Program-made: the position numbers and the translations under genes | Notes under the pieces: model-generated | The model's input: the letters and a program-made list of their open reading frames with translations, nothing else | What the model was told of the DNA's origin: nothing | Database searches by the model: none | Part shown: piece by piece, positions 36,387 to 46,016 of the stretch | How positions within the stretch are numbered: the first letter of the stretch is position 1 | How the letters are laid out: each line of letters starts with the position of its first letter | IMG/VR virus record: IMGVR_UViG_3300029825_000013 | Coordinates: 1 to 48,218 of that record | Reading direction: 5' to 3' (one strand) | Source: a virus | Lineage: Duplodnaviria > Caudoviricetes | Length of the DNA stretch: 48,218 bases

Positions 36387-37297
36387 TGTTAGAGAAAATT
36401 AAGGAAGTACCATTCATTGAAGAAAGTAAGGCAGTAAAGGTAGGTGTACAAAATGGAAAACTCTATTTAGAAAGAAACACACGGGTTATATGGGCAAGTG
36501 AAGTAATAGACTTAGATGTGGAAGGACTTAACTGTTATGTTGAGGCAGATAAGTTCTTTAACTTACTACCAGAAATTAAGTATTTAAAGCAGACAACTTG
36601 CTTAGAGGTTCAGTTGAAAAACGGAGCAAGATACACATTACCATTTTTAACGGTGGAGTGGGAAACATTACAAATGTTGTCAGGTGAAGAAACAGAAACA
36701 ATTAACTTTAAGTTAGATGACTTAATGTTATGTACTCTTAAAAACCTAGTTAAACCAGAATTACAATGTGTTTACATAGATAGCGAAGGAGCAATAAGTT
36801 GTGATTTCATAAGTGCTTGTATTACAGACATTGTGAAGTCAACTCAGCCGATATTGTTGCCACCGGATGTGCAAGAATTAACAAGCGGAAGGATTTGTCA
36901 AGTAACAGTAACAGAGGACACATTATATTTTGCATCAAGTAATTTTAATATAATTACAGCAAGACCGTCGTTATCGGAAGAGGCAAAACAGGACTTTGTA
37001 GGTCTGCGTGAAATGTCAAATGGGGCAACCGGTTTCACAGCAGTAGACAAACTACAAGAAGGTTTAAGAAGGTTAGTATTGTTCGGGGACTTTATCTCAT
37101 TCGAGGCGGATAGAGCAGTGGTAGGTGAAAACTTTGAACCGTTCAATTTTAGAGAACTAGCAGGTTTAAAATATGAAATTGAGTGTTTAAGAAAGGTAAT
37201 ACTAACGGCATCAGAAATAACAGAACTGCAAGGGAACTTAATATTGAAAAATACGTCAAGTAGATTTCTAGTTTCAGCAGTACAAGAGGATGAGTAA
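36386..37297 (+). CDS. putative sliding clamp (beta-like)
   Basis: ~300 aa repeated alpha/beta pattern (FFNLL, PELQCVY, ILLP); genome also encodes a clamp loader. Confidence 0.55.
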   Translation: MLEKIKEVPFIEESKAVKVGVQNGKLYLERNTRVIWASEVIDLDVEGLNCYVEADKFFNLLPEIKYLKQTTCLEVQLKNGARYTLPFLTVEWETLQMLSGEETETINFKLDDLMLCTLKNLVKPELQCVYIDSEGAISCDFISACITDIVKSTQPILLPPDVQELTSGRICQVTVTEDTLYFASSNFNIITARPSLSEEAKQDFVGLREMSNGATGFTAVDKLQEGLRRLVLFGDFISFEADRAVVGENFEPFNFRELAGLKYEIECLRKVILTASEITELQGNLILKNTSSRFLVSAVQEDE

Positions 37298-38187
37298 TGA
37301 AATTATTTGAAGAGCAAAGACCACCACAAGACGCAGCAGCGGTAGTAAGTCAACTTTTTAGGGAGTTTAAGGAAATACCGTTTAGTAACCAAAGCAGAAA
37401 CATTTCGCCAAGTGGTTTGTCTTGCCAGGTTTGTGCAGCATTCAAATTACAAGGTGTGCAAGGTGATACTACGAAAGAAAGTTTTCAGTCATTATCTTTT
37501 GCAGATGCGGGAGAGGACAGGCATAAACGCATACAAGCATTTTTAAGTAAAACTGAATATTGGGTGGATGTAGCAGAATACATAAAAGAAAAGAAATTAC
37601 CTTTACGAGCGGTTATTAAAGTGAACAATGACAGTTATGATACAGAGGAAAGGAAACTACCAAGAGAGATATACAAGGAGGAAGCGGAGGAGTTTCTTAA
37701 AACTTACAATTTACCACGGGAAGCACTTTTAGAGGATGAGTTTGAAACTTTACTTGTTCATACAACACTGCCCATAAGATTTAAGTGTGATGGTATATTA
37801 CTTATTGAAGGTGTATATTACATACTTGAAATTAAGACGGAAGGAAATCAAAAAAGTACATATAGAACAACATACGACCCTAAGCACCAGTTACAAGGAA
37901 CGGCATACACTTGGTTATTTAAAGTAGGTAGAATTTTATGGATTTATGAAGACCGTGATAAACTAACACAGAAAGTTTTCGTACAATTAGTAACACCACA
38001 AGAAAAAATCTTTATTAGAGATTACATACAAGAGATAGTTGATAATAAAGACACACCGGAGAACTTGAGGCGCAGTGAAGGTACTTGTAAGTATTGCCCA
38101 TATAAAAAACATTGCAAGGCATATTTTAAGGAGATTGAGAAACGTGCAAAAGAGACCACAGTTCAAAGTAATAACACAGATAAGTGA
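37297..38187 (+). CDS. Cas4-like PD-(D/E)XK exonuclease with Fe-S cysteines
   Basis: SPS..SC, G...H, CDG...LEIKT, Q...Y, CKYCPYKKHC. Confidence 0.85.
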   Translation: MKLFEEQRPPQDAAAVVSQLFREFKEIPFSNQSRNISPSGLSCQVCAAFKLQGVQGDTTKESFQSLSFADAGEDRHKRIQAFLSKTEYWVDVAEYIKEKKLPLRAVIKVNNDSYDTEERKLPREIYKEEAEEFLKTYNLPREALLEDEFETLLVHTTLPIRFKCDGILLIEGVYYILEIKTEGNQKSTYRTTYDPKHQLQGTAYTWLFKVGRILWIYEDRDKLTQKVFVQLVTPQEKIFIRDYIQEIVDNKDTPENLRRSEGTCKYCPYKKHCKAYFKEIEKRAKETTVQSNNTDK

Positions 38188-38545
38188 TTTTTCTAGATTT
38201 CAAATTAACGGTGATGTAACAAAGCATTATACAGAAAATGAGGAAAGATTGAAAAAGTACTTACCATATCTGACAGCAGAACCAATTAATGGTTTTATAG
38301 TGGATAGAGAGACTAACTTTGGTTTAGAAGTTCACATATTATTAGCCAGTGGAATAGTGGTAATATACTCAATGAATACGGCTAAGTTGATAACAGTGAT
38401 TAACCCGCAATGTTATCAAGTAACAAGATACTTTAAAGGGTTAAATAAACCAATGCAACCAGCAGATTATATAGCAATGGAAAGTGCTGTATATCGTAAC
38501 GATAATTATGGTTGGAAGGAGGATAACCGTTATGGCAAGAATTAA
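38144..38545 (+). CDS. hypothetical protein
   Basis: GTG start behind AAGGAG. Confidence 0.6.
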   Translation: MQKRPQFKVITQISDFSRFQINGDVTKHYTENEERLKKYLPYLTAEPINGFIVDRETNFGLEVHILLASGIVVIYSMNTAKLITVINPQCYQVTRYFKGLNKPMQPADYIAMESAVYRNDNYGWKEDNRYGKN

Positions 38546-38717
38546 AGATGAAGACATTGTTGTAATAAGAAAGGATGGTAAAGATTTCTATTCCGGAACC
38601 TTTATCAATGTACCAAATGACTATAAAGTCGTGGCACAAGAAAAAGCAGTGGAACTGGAAGAATTTACAGACTTACCAATAATGCAGGGCAAAAAACAGT
38701 TTGTCTTGGAGGTGTAA
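38532..38717 (+). CDS. hypothetical protein
   Basis: ATG behind AAGGAGG. Confidence 0.6.
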   Translation: MARIKDEDIVVIRKDGKDFYSGTFINVPNDYKVVAQEKAVELEEFTDLPIMQGKKQFVLEV

Positions 38718-38718
38718 T

Positions 38719-39156
38719 ATGGAAAACATTATTAAGACAGCAGAAGAAGTAGTAATGCAGAAGTTAAAGTCGGCTAATGCACTTATTGATGATATTAAAA
38801 GTCAAATGGTACACGGTACAGATATGATTACTACTACGCAGATACAGGAATGGGCTATTGCAATTCCTATCATATGTCAAGAACTTACACCAAGCAAGGA
38901 AGCATTTGCATTAACTAAAAGTCTGTGGGAAATAGAACTTAAAAAGTCAGCAGCGAAGAATCTTTTAGAGATGAACAAAAAGAAAACGGAAATTGAACAG
39001 ATTAACAGGTTAGCAGGTACAGAAGGTGAAACGAATAAGGCAATAGCCGAGTATATGCGAAATATGTTAAGTAGTACACAAGATTCGTTATCGTCTTTGG
39101 GAAGTTCGCTTAAAAAGATACTAGAAGCAAGAATAAGAGGCAGGGAGGAAAAGTAG
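38719..39156 (+). CDS. hypothetical helical protein (possible recombination mediator)
   Basis: coiled-coil, upstream of recA; function is a positional guess. Confidence 0.55.
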   Translation: MENIIKTAEEVVMQKLKSANALIDDIKSQMVHGTDMITTTQIQEWAIAIPIICQELTPSKEAFALTKSLWEIELKKSAAKNLLEMNKKKTEIEQINRLAGTEGETNKAIAEYMRNMLSSTQDSLSSLGSSLKKILEARIRGREEK

Positions 39157-39405
39157 GTGGCAGACATTAAATTAACAGGTTATACAGAAAGCCCAACTGG
39201 TCAGATTAACATAAAAACCGTTAGCAGATTTAAAGGTATTTTAAGATGGTTGTTAAACAGAGAAACAAAAAAACATATCAAGCAATTAATTAAAGCCGGA
39301 GTAATCACAAAAGGTAAGCCAGGACAAGCATACTTTACAGTTAACACAGTAATAGAAGGCGAAACAAACAGTACACCAAAAACAATTACTGAGGAGGTAA
39401 AATGA
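39157..39405 (+). CDS. hypothetical protein
   Basis: GTG start behind GGAGG. Confidence 0.6.
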   Translation: MADIKLTGYTESPTGQINIKTVSRFKGILRWLLNRETKKHIKQLIKAGVITKGKPGQAYFTVNTVIEGETNSTPKTITEEVK

Positions 39406-40409
39406 ACTTAGCAGAAGTAACAAAAGCCATTGAAAAGGTTAGTGGTAAAAAAGCACTAATGGATGGTGTAGAAATTAAAGATGTTGAGAGAATTCCATTT
39501 CCGTCAGTAGGTTTAACACATATGTTATATGGTGGTTTACCAAAGGGAAGGATTATAGAGTTTTCAGGTCCAGAGGCATCAGGCAAGACATCAACAGCGT
39601 TGTTGTTTGCAGGGCAATATCAAAAACAGGATGACCGTCCGGTATTCTTTATAGATGCGGAAGGTACATACGACCCACGTTGGGCGGCAAAGTTAGGTGT
39701 AGATAATTCAAAAGGAAGATTTATCAAGTGGGCACCAGAGAATGCAACAGCGGAAGAGGTATTTCAAATCATACTAGATTTAATAGAAACAAAAGAAGTT
39801 GGGTTAATCGTTCTTGATAGTATTCCGACACTTGTTCCACAACAGGAAGAAGCAAAAAATATGTCAGAGTACACAATGGGTGGTGTAGCAGCACCGTTAA
39901 CAAAGTTTGGTCGTAAACTACAAAAAGCCCTTTTAAGAAATGATGACACAATATTTTTAGCCCTTAACCAATTAAGAGACAATATGACAGGTTATGGACC
40001 GACAACAAAAACAGTTGGTGGCAGAATGTGGAGGCATATTTGTTCTATAAGAATTGAATTCAAGTCAGACTTAATTGATGAAAAGGGAAAGGAACTACCA
40101 GAAAGGGCAGAGAACCCGGTAGGTGTTAAAATTAACGCACACCTAAGAAAGAACAAAACAGCACCAAGAGATAGAAAATTATCATACTATTTTATAGACT
40201 TTACAGAAGGCTTTAGCGAACGATATGATATTACTCAACTTGCAATAGCAAACGATGTTGTTACAAGGTCGGGGTCAAGTTATTCATATGTGGATAAGGC
40301 AACTGGAGAGATACTGTACAAGGCACAAGGTAAGGCTAATTTTATTAAAGATTTACCAGACGAAGTATACGAAAAAATGAAGGAGGATATATTAAGTAAT
40401 GGTGATTGA
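39402..40409 (+). CDS. recA: RecA-family recombinase
   Basis: GGLPKGRIIE.SGPEASGKTS, FIDAE, VLDSI, LNQLR. Confidence 0.95.
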   Translation: MNLAEVTKAIEKVSGKKALMDGVEIKDVERIPFPSVGLTHMLYGGLPKGRIIEFSGPEASGKTSTALLFAGQYQKQDDRPVFFIDAEGTYDPRWAAKLGVDNSKGRFIKWAPENATAEEVFQIILDLIETKEVGLIVLDSIPTLVPQQEEAKNMSEYTMGGVAAPLTKFGRKLQKALLRNDDTIFLALNQLRDNMTGYGPTTKTVGGRMWRHICSIRIEFKSDLIDEKGKELPERAENPVGVKINAHLRKNKTAPRDRKLSYYFIDFTEGFSERYDITQLAIANDVVTRSGSSYSYVDKATGEILYKAQGKANFIKDLPDEVYEKMKEDILSNGD

Positions 40410-41046
40410 TTTAGCAAAAAATAAACAAGAGTTTGAGGAACTAGCAAGAAAGTTTATCAAACGAGATGGTGTAGAAAAGGTACTGGCGTGGTTAGATACA
40501 ACAGACTTTTACACAGCACCAGCAAGCACAAAATATCATTTAGCGGTAGAAGGTGGCTTATGCCAACACAGTTTAAATGTCTACCACAGAATGGTAGCCC
40601 TTTGCAATTTCCACTTTAACAAGGAAGAGGCTGACGACAACATTTACAACGGAGCAAACATTGATGTAGACGGGGCATTCAATATGGAGAACATAGCGGT
40701 AGTTGCATTATTTCACGATATATGCAAAGCCAACTGTTATGTTAAAGACTTTAAAAATGTAAAGGTCGACGGTAAATGGGTACAAGAAGAGTACTGGCGA
40801 TGGGACGAACAGTTCGTTTACGGACACGGTTCAAAGTCAGTATATATGTTACAACAATTTATGAGACTTTACATTGACGAGGCACAAGCAATAAGATTTC
40901 ATATGGGTGGCAGAGAAGACGCACTAAGTGAAATGTATGAAAGACAGGCGGCGATGGTATTTGACAAAAGCCCATTCGCAGTGCTATTACATTTAGCAGA
41001 TTTAATGTCATCATACTTACTAGAAAAAGAGGAAGAGGATATTTAA
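40399..41046 (+). CDS. HD-domain phosphohydrolase
   Basis: APAS..YH...GGL..HSLNV, LFHDICK, GHG, FHMG, LHLAD. Confidence 0.88.
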   Translation: MVIDLAKNKQEFEELARKFIKRDGVEKVLAWLDTTDFYTAPASTKYHLAVEGGLCQHSLNVYHRMVALCNFHFNKEEADDNIYNGANIDVDGAFNMENIAVVALFHDICKANCYVKDFKNVKVDGKWVQEEYWRWDEQFVYGHGSKSVYMLQQFMRLYIDEAQAIRFHMGGREDALSEMYERQAAMVFDKSPFAVLLHLADLMSSYLLEKEEEDI

Positions 41047-41717
41047 TGAAATTGTTTGAGGAACAAGAATTAGTTGAAAGAGTGGTAAAACCACCGGTAG
41101 TAGATAATTCAACATTTATTAAAAACAATTTAATGAAAAGTGTGGAACGAAGTGGTGTGGTGTACAGTGGTATACAAAAGTGGTTACACTCATTTGAAGG
41201 AGCATTAAGCAAGGCAACATTTGAAAAGCAGTTAAGAAGACTTAGCAATGAAGATGATGTGGCTATTGAACAACTTGAAAAAGCAATAGGTAAACGAACT
41301 ATACCATACGCACCGACACCACAGGCACCACCACTTACAAGACCACTTATAGAAGAGATGGTTGACCATATGTTTGTGGCAGTTTACGGAAAAAAGTTCA
41401 AACAGGAAATAAAGACAGCAATAAAAGAGTTACGACCGTTAGGAAGAGTATTTGTTTTATCGGTGGAAGAACTAATACTAGAATTTAAAAGTTACAAAGA
41501 TAAGGGTAAATCACAACAAATGATAGATGATGCAATTGAATGTGACTTTTTATTCATAGTAGACCTTGAACGTTCTATACACTTAGACCGTCGCATAGTA
41601 GAGGCGATAAATAGAATTGGTAAGTTCAGAAAAGGTAAGCCGATTATATCTACTTGGAATAAGTTTAATGATTGTAAAGAATTTTTTGAACAATTTAAGA
41701 TATTTATCGTACAATAA
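41046..41717 (+). CDS. degenerate DnaC/IstB-like protein
   Basis: CDFLFIVDL and R..KPIIST.N resemble the loader C-terminus; no Walker A visible. Confidence 0.4.
   Translation: MKLFEEQELVERVVKPPVVDNSTFIKNNLMKSVERSGVVYSGIQKWLHSFEGALSKATFEKQLRRLSNEDDVAIEQLEKAIGKRTIPYAPTPQAPPLTRPLIEEMVDHMFVAVYGKKFKQEIKTAIKELRPLGRVFVLSVEELILEFKSYKDKGKSQQMIDDAIECDFLFIVDLERSIHLDRRIVEAINRIGKFRKGKPIISTWNKFNDCKEFFEQFKIFIVQ
41705..41716 (+). promoter_or_regulatory. phage-specific promoter motif TATCGTACAATA
   Basis: exact copy before an AAGGAG RBS. Confidence 0.75.
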
Positions 41718-41734
41718 TAAAGGAGAAAAAAATT

Positions 41735-42067
41735 ATGGAACAAAAAACTAAAACAGTTACAAAAAACATAGGTAACGAAGAACAGTTTAAACAAAGAGTA
41801 ACAGAGGAGTTGGCAAAGGTGTCAATTGTACGTTACAAAGAAGGTGTATCGGCAGAAATAACTGGTAAAGGTAGAGATATCTTACTAAGTATTGCACACG
41901 CAGTAGTAGCATTCGCCGATAGTTCCAATGCATCAACACAAACAATAATGAGGGACTTACACGGGGCAGTAAAACTAGCAAAGATGGAAAAGGGTACAAT
42001 TGATTCAGACGATATTATGGACTTTTTCAATGACTTACTGTCGGAGGTACTAGATGAGGATAGATAG
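41735..42067 (+). CDS. hypothetical protein
   Basis: 110 aa. Confidence 0.65.
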   Translation: MEQKTKTVTKNIGNEEQFKQRVTEELAKVSIVRYKEGVSAEITGKGRDILLSIAHAVVAFADSSNASTQTIMRDLHGAVKLAKMEKGTIDSDDIMDFFNDLLSEVLDEDR

Positions 42068-42284
42068 TATTCAACTTTCAAGAGGTCTGTATCAAGTTTG
42101 TATGAAAGGTATAGTGGATGACAAGGAAGTAACACTATACGCAGTACAAGAATATGACGCAGACACTGGTAAAGTTACTGTGGTATATACTCAATACGGT
42201 ATAGACTATGATAAGAAAAAAGTACCACAAGATTGGGTGAATAACCTTAATGAAGTATTAGAATTTATAACAAGGAGGTTTTAA
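42054..42284 (+). CDS. hypothetical protein
   Basis: 76 aa, GGAGG RBS. Confidence 0.65.
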   Translation: MRIDSIQLSRGLYQVCMKGIVDDKEVTLYAVQEYDADTGKVTVVYTQYGIDYDKKKVPQDWVNNLNEVLEFITRRF

Positions 42285-42285
42285 T

Positions 42286-42507
42286 ATGTTAGTTGAGATT
42301 ATTGGCTATTTAGGAATGGTAATTGTATTATTATCATTCTTAGCAAAAGACATCAAACTAGTTAGAATTATTAACATAGTAGGCAGTGTACTTTGTTTAC
42401 TATATGGTATTTTAACTGGTACAATTCCAACGGCAGTGTTAAACGGTAGTTTATTTGTACTTAATTTAACAATGTTAATCATTTACCACAAAAAGAGAGG
42501 TAAGTAA
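42286..42507 (+). CDS. small 3-TM membrane protein (YgjV/PQ-loop-like)
   Basis: IIGY.G...VLLSF...VRIIN.VGS...LYG...P...LN pattern. Confidence 0.65.
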   Translation: MLVEIIGYLGMVIVLLSFLAKDIKLVRIINIVGSVLCLLYGILTGTIPTAVLNGSLFVLNLTMLIIYHKKRGK

Positions 42508-42508
42508 T

Positions 42509-42850
42509 ATGAAAACAGTATCACTGGAAATAAGGGACAGAGGCACAAGAATAATGGCACTGGCTATTAGACCGGGGGATGTTACAAACAACACAGCAGA
42601 AAGTGTGATGGCAAGTATAGTCGGTTATGGTAAAGGTAATGCAAGCACATTATTATTAAAATATAGTAGTAATGAGGTTACTTACAACCCATACGATTGG
42701 AACGACAGAACGATGCACACAGCCCACAAGTACATTGAAGAACATTTTGATTTACTTAAAGATGGGGATGTAGTGGACGTGGAATTCATACTGGAAGAAA
42801 CAGACAAACCAAAAGAACCAGAATGGAAAAATTATTTAGGGGGATTTTAA
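42509..42850 (+). CDS. hypothetical protein
   Basis: 113 aa. Confidence 0.65.
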   Translation: MKTVSLEIRDRGTRIMALAIRPGDVTNNTAESVMASIVGYGKGNASTLLLKYSSNEVTYNPYDWNDRTMHTAHKYIEEHFDLLKDGDVVDVEFILEETDKPKEPEWKNYLGGF

Positions 42851-42853
42851 CTT

Positions 42854-43072
42854 ATGGCAACATATATTGCAAAAGCACAAATAGACTTAGCAGGTCATTT
42901 AAGATATGGTACAGCGGTAGTTGAGGTTGAAGCAGAAACAGAAGAAGAGGCTAAAATCAAAATCGCAGAAGCATACGAAGATGGTAATTATGCCATCATT
43001 GATGTTGACTACGAAATAGATGACACGGACTTAGATGATAATTTTACAATAACAAAAAAGGAGGAAAACTAA
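42854..43072 (+). CDS. hypothetical acidic protein
   Basis: VEVEAETEEEA motif common in small phage proteins. Confidence 0.65.
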   Translation: MATYIAKAQIDLAGHLRYGTAVVEVEAETEEEAKIKIAEAYEDGNYAIIDVDYEIDDTDLDDNFTITKKEEN

Positions 43073-43074
43073 GT

Positions 43075-43593
43075 ATGAATTTAGCGGACTATTCAAAAAT
43101 GGATAAGGAACGCCCAACAGGTAGTGGTGAATTCCTAACATTTGAACACGGTCAAACAAGATATTTAAGATTCTTGTATGAAAGTGGTGGTGACCGACAC
43201 GGGGAAGACATTTCTATTATTTGGAAGAAATGGGACGATGTGGCTAAAAAGTTCATTTACGAAGAAGGTAAAGGTAGCAAACGAACAATACTTAATGTTA
43301 TTGAGTATGATGCTGACGGTAGTAACCCAAGACACGCAAGGTTTGATATTTCGGCACATATTTGTGAAACGGTATTTTTACCGGCTTGGAAAAATTACCC
43401 ACGAATTATTGATGGCGTTTGGAAAGTTACTTGTTCTAACCCTAAGACAAAAGAGTTGTCGTACTCATTGTTTCCAGTGATGAATGCGGATACTATTAAG
43501 TACCCTATCACAGCACCAGAGAAGCAAGCAGATAAAAAGGAAGAACCGGCTAAACCAAAAGCGGAGCAACCAAAAAAGAAATATTGGGAATAG
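43075..43593 (+). CDS. putative single-stranded DNA-binding protein
   Basis: FL.F..G....LRFL N-terminus, flexible C-tail, immediately before polA. Confidence 0.5.
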   Translation: MNLADYSKMDKERPTGSGEFLTFEHGQTRYLRFLYESGGDRHGEDISIIWKKWDDVAKKFIYEEGKGSKRTILNVIEYDADGSNPRHARFDISAHICETVFLPAWKNYPRIIDGVWKVTCSNPKTKELSYSLFPVMNADTIKYPITAPEKQADKKEEPAKPKAEQPKKKYWE

Positions 43594-43602
43594 GAGTGAT
43601 AT

Positions 43603-45591
43603 ATGCTAATTAATTTAGGAGCGGGTGTAAAGTTACCAAAATTAGCAGTAGGCACTAAGTCAAAAAATAATACGCCGAGAGTAAAAACGGTGGTTGACGA
43701 TTCATTAGAAGTAGCGAGGAAAATGCAACAATTGTTTTCTAAGTACAACTGGAAGACGGTAACTACTGAAAAAGAACTTGAGGCGTATTTATTTGATAAA
43801 AAAGATTTAGGCTTTGACTGTGAAACAACAGGATTATTTGTTCACAAAGACAAATTATGTGGTATGTCTTTTGGCACAGAGGAAGATTGTATCTATATAC
43901 CACTAGCACATAAAGTAGGTAAGAACTACGAAGGCGATGTGAAACGAATTGAGGAATTAGTCGCATCAATTAACTTGTGGGGATTTAACTTGAAGTTTGA
44001 TTTAAAGAACGCAAAGCATCACGCAGGTTTAAACTTAAAAGGTGTTTGGTGTGGTTACTTAGCCGCAAGGTTAATGAACTGCGCAGAACCGAGCAACGAA
44101 TTAAAAGAATTGTACATTAAGTACATAGACCCAAACGAGTCATTTTATAATTTTAGAGAATTATTTAAAAGACCGTTTGACGAATATGACCCAGCAATAG
44201 TTGGGGCTTATGCAGCAGTGGATGCGATGAAACATATCAAGTTAGGTAAGTACCAAGCGGAGAATATTAGTTCAACAGACAGAAAATTACTTTTGCAGTT
44301 GGAATTACCGCTGGCACATTATCTTGTGGATGTTGAATTAAGGGGTGTTAGACTTGACCAAGAGTGGAGTGCAGAACTTGTTGACGTCTTAGAAACAGAC
44401 TTAAAAGTAATTGAGGATAAACTATCAAAAGAATATGGTGGTTTAAACCCACGAAGCACAAAACAGGTAGCGGAAGTACTTTACGACAAGTTAAAGATAC
44501 CAATGATTGAAGGAAGAGGCACAGGCGAAGGTATCTTAAAGTTAATAGACCACCCATTTGCAAGAATGATATTAGAGCATCGTGGGGTACAAAAATTACT
44601 ATCAACATACGCACGCAAGATGCCAGCAGAAGCAGACGATGGTATTATTCACGCAACATTTAATCAGTACGGGGCAGACACAGGAAGATTTAGTTCAAGT
44701 AACCCAAACTTGCAAAACATACCAAGAGACAACCGTTTCAGAAATATGTTTATAGCAAGAGAAGGGCACAAGTTAGTGTCTTGCGACTATACACAGCAGG
44801 AAGTTTATATAATGGCAGCGATGGCAGACGATGACGCAATGAAAGATGCCTATGCAAAAAATATGGACTTTTATGGATATATGGCAAGTATGGTATTTAA
44901 TAAGCCTTATGAAACGTGTTTGAAACATAAAGAAAATGGTGAACTTAGAAATCAAATGAAGAGTATTGTTTTAGCATTGAATTATGATAAAGGAATAAAA
45001 AGCTTGTCACAGGATATACACAAGTCAGTTGAAGAAACGAGAGAAATATACAACAAGTTTTTTGAAAGATGCCCCAAAGTAAAAACATTTAGACAGGAAA
45101 AGCTATCATTTGCAGAAAAAAATGGCTACGTTGAAACAATACTAGGTAGAAAGAGATATTTTTCAGCACTAGGAAAGCCAGACTTTGAATGCAATGACAA
45201 GGACGTTTTAGCGACTGTTAATAAACTTAGAAGCGACTATGCAATAAATAAGCTAATAGCAGACGCTAGAAAAGAAGGAATTGTAATTACAGATTATAGA
45301 AAACAAAAAGTGGTTGAAACTCGTCAGGTTGTTAATTCTGTGATACAAGGTTCAGCAGCAGATATGACAAAGCTTGCAATGTTGGAAGCAGCAAGGAATG
45401 AAAAACTAAAATCACTAGGTATGAAAATACTTTTACAAGTTCACGATGAAATTATAGCAGAGTTTCCAGATGAGAACGCAGAAGAAGGCGGGAGACTACT
45501 AGCCAATTTAATGGTTGATGTAGGCACGGATTTAATTGGCATTAAAGTTGTATGCGAGCCGTCTATAATGTCACATTGGGAGAAAGATTAA
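43603..45591 (+). CDS. polA: family A DNA polymerase with 3'-5' exonuclease
   Basis: FDCETTG, FNLKFD, YAAVD; TGRFSSSNPNLQNIP, DYTQQE, IQGSAAD, LQVHDE. Confidence 0.96.
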   Translation: MLINLGAGVKLPKLAVGTKSKNNTPRVKTVVDDSLEVARKMQQLFSKYNWKTVTTEKELEAYLFDKKDLGFDCETTGLFVHKDKLCGMSFGTEEDCIYIPLAHKVGKNYEGDVKRIEELVASINLWGFNLKFDLKNAKHHAGLNLKGVWCGYLAARLMNCAEPSNELKELYIKYIDPNESFYNFRELFKRPFDEYDPAIVGAYAAVDAMKHIKLGKYQAENISSTDRKLLLQLELPLAHYLVDVELRGVRLDQEWSAELVDVLETDLKVIEDKLSKEYGGLNPRSTKQVAEVLYDKLKIPMIEGRGTGEGILKLIDHPFARMILEHRGVQKLLSTYARKMPAEADDGIIHATFNQYGADTGRFSSSNPNLQNIPRDNRFRNMFIAREGHKLVSCDYTQQEVYIMAAMADDDAMKDAYAKNMDFYGYMASMVFNKPYETCLKHKENGELRNQMKSIVLALNYDKGIKSLSQDIHKSVEETREIYNKFFERCPKVKTFRQEKLSFAEKNGYVETILGRKRYFSALGKPDFECNDKDVLATVNKLRSDYAINKLIADARKEGIVITDYRKQKVVETRQVVNSVIQGSAADMTKLAMLEAARNEKLKSLGMKILLQVHDEIIAEFPDENAEEGGRLLANLMVDVGTDLIGIKVVCEPSIMSHWEKD

Positions 45592-46016
45592 TGAGACAAA
45601 GAGTTGATGGTAATAAATTTCAAGAAGAGTTTGAAAAGCATTTTTTAAAAAGCTGCTATGTTTTACGTTTGCCTACGTTGAACACGGGCTATAGCGGATT
45701 AACGCAGCCAGCAGACTTTATAGTGGCACGAGGTAATGTACACTTTGTAGAGGTAAAAGAAACAGGAAAAGACTACTTTTCAATAACAAGTATGCAACAA
45801 TATGTGCCGATGAAGGAATTTACACTAGTAAGAAAGCAATTAAGGCTTGAAATGAACTATTTAGTTTTAGTACATTTTATAAAGCGAGGTGTGTATAAAT
45901 TGTTGACATCAGAGCAGGCACTTGAGTTGTCATCAAATAGAAAGCAACTTATGTATGATAGTGAGATAGGAAGCACATACAGAAGCTTAGATGAAATAGA
46001 GGAGAACAGTTTATGA
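45591..46016 (+). CDS. RecU-like Holliday junction resolvase
   Basis: G..F.EEF, PADF...FVEVKET, Q...M pattern; start moved to ATG 45591. Confidence 0.65.
   Translation: MRQRVDGNKFQEEFEKHFLKSCYVLRLPTLNTGYSGLTQPADFIVARGNVHFVEVKETGKDYFSITSMQQYVPMKEFTLVRKQLRLEMNYLVLVHFIKRGVYKLLTSEQALELSSNRKQLMYDSEIGSTYRSLDEIEENSL

Noticed and set aside
37297-38187. CRISPR-Cas system
   Set aside because: Solo Cas4-like nuclease in a replication module; no repeat-spacer array or other cas genes seen.
10191-45591. Introns or inteins in terL, helicase, recA or polA
   Set aside because: All have ordinary lengths and contiguous motifs; no homing endonuclease seen.
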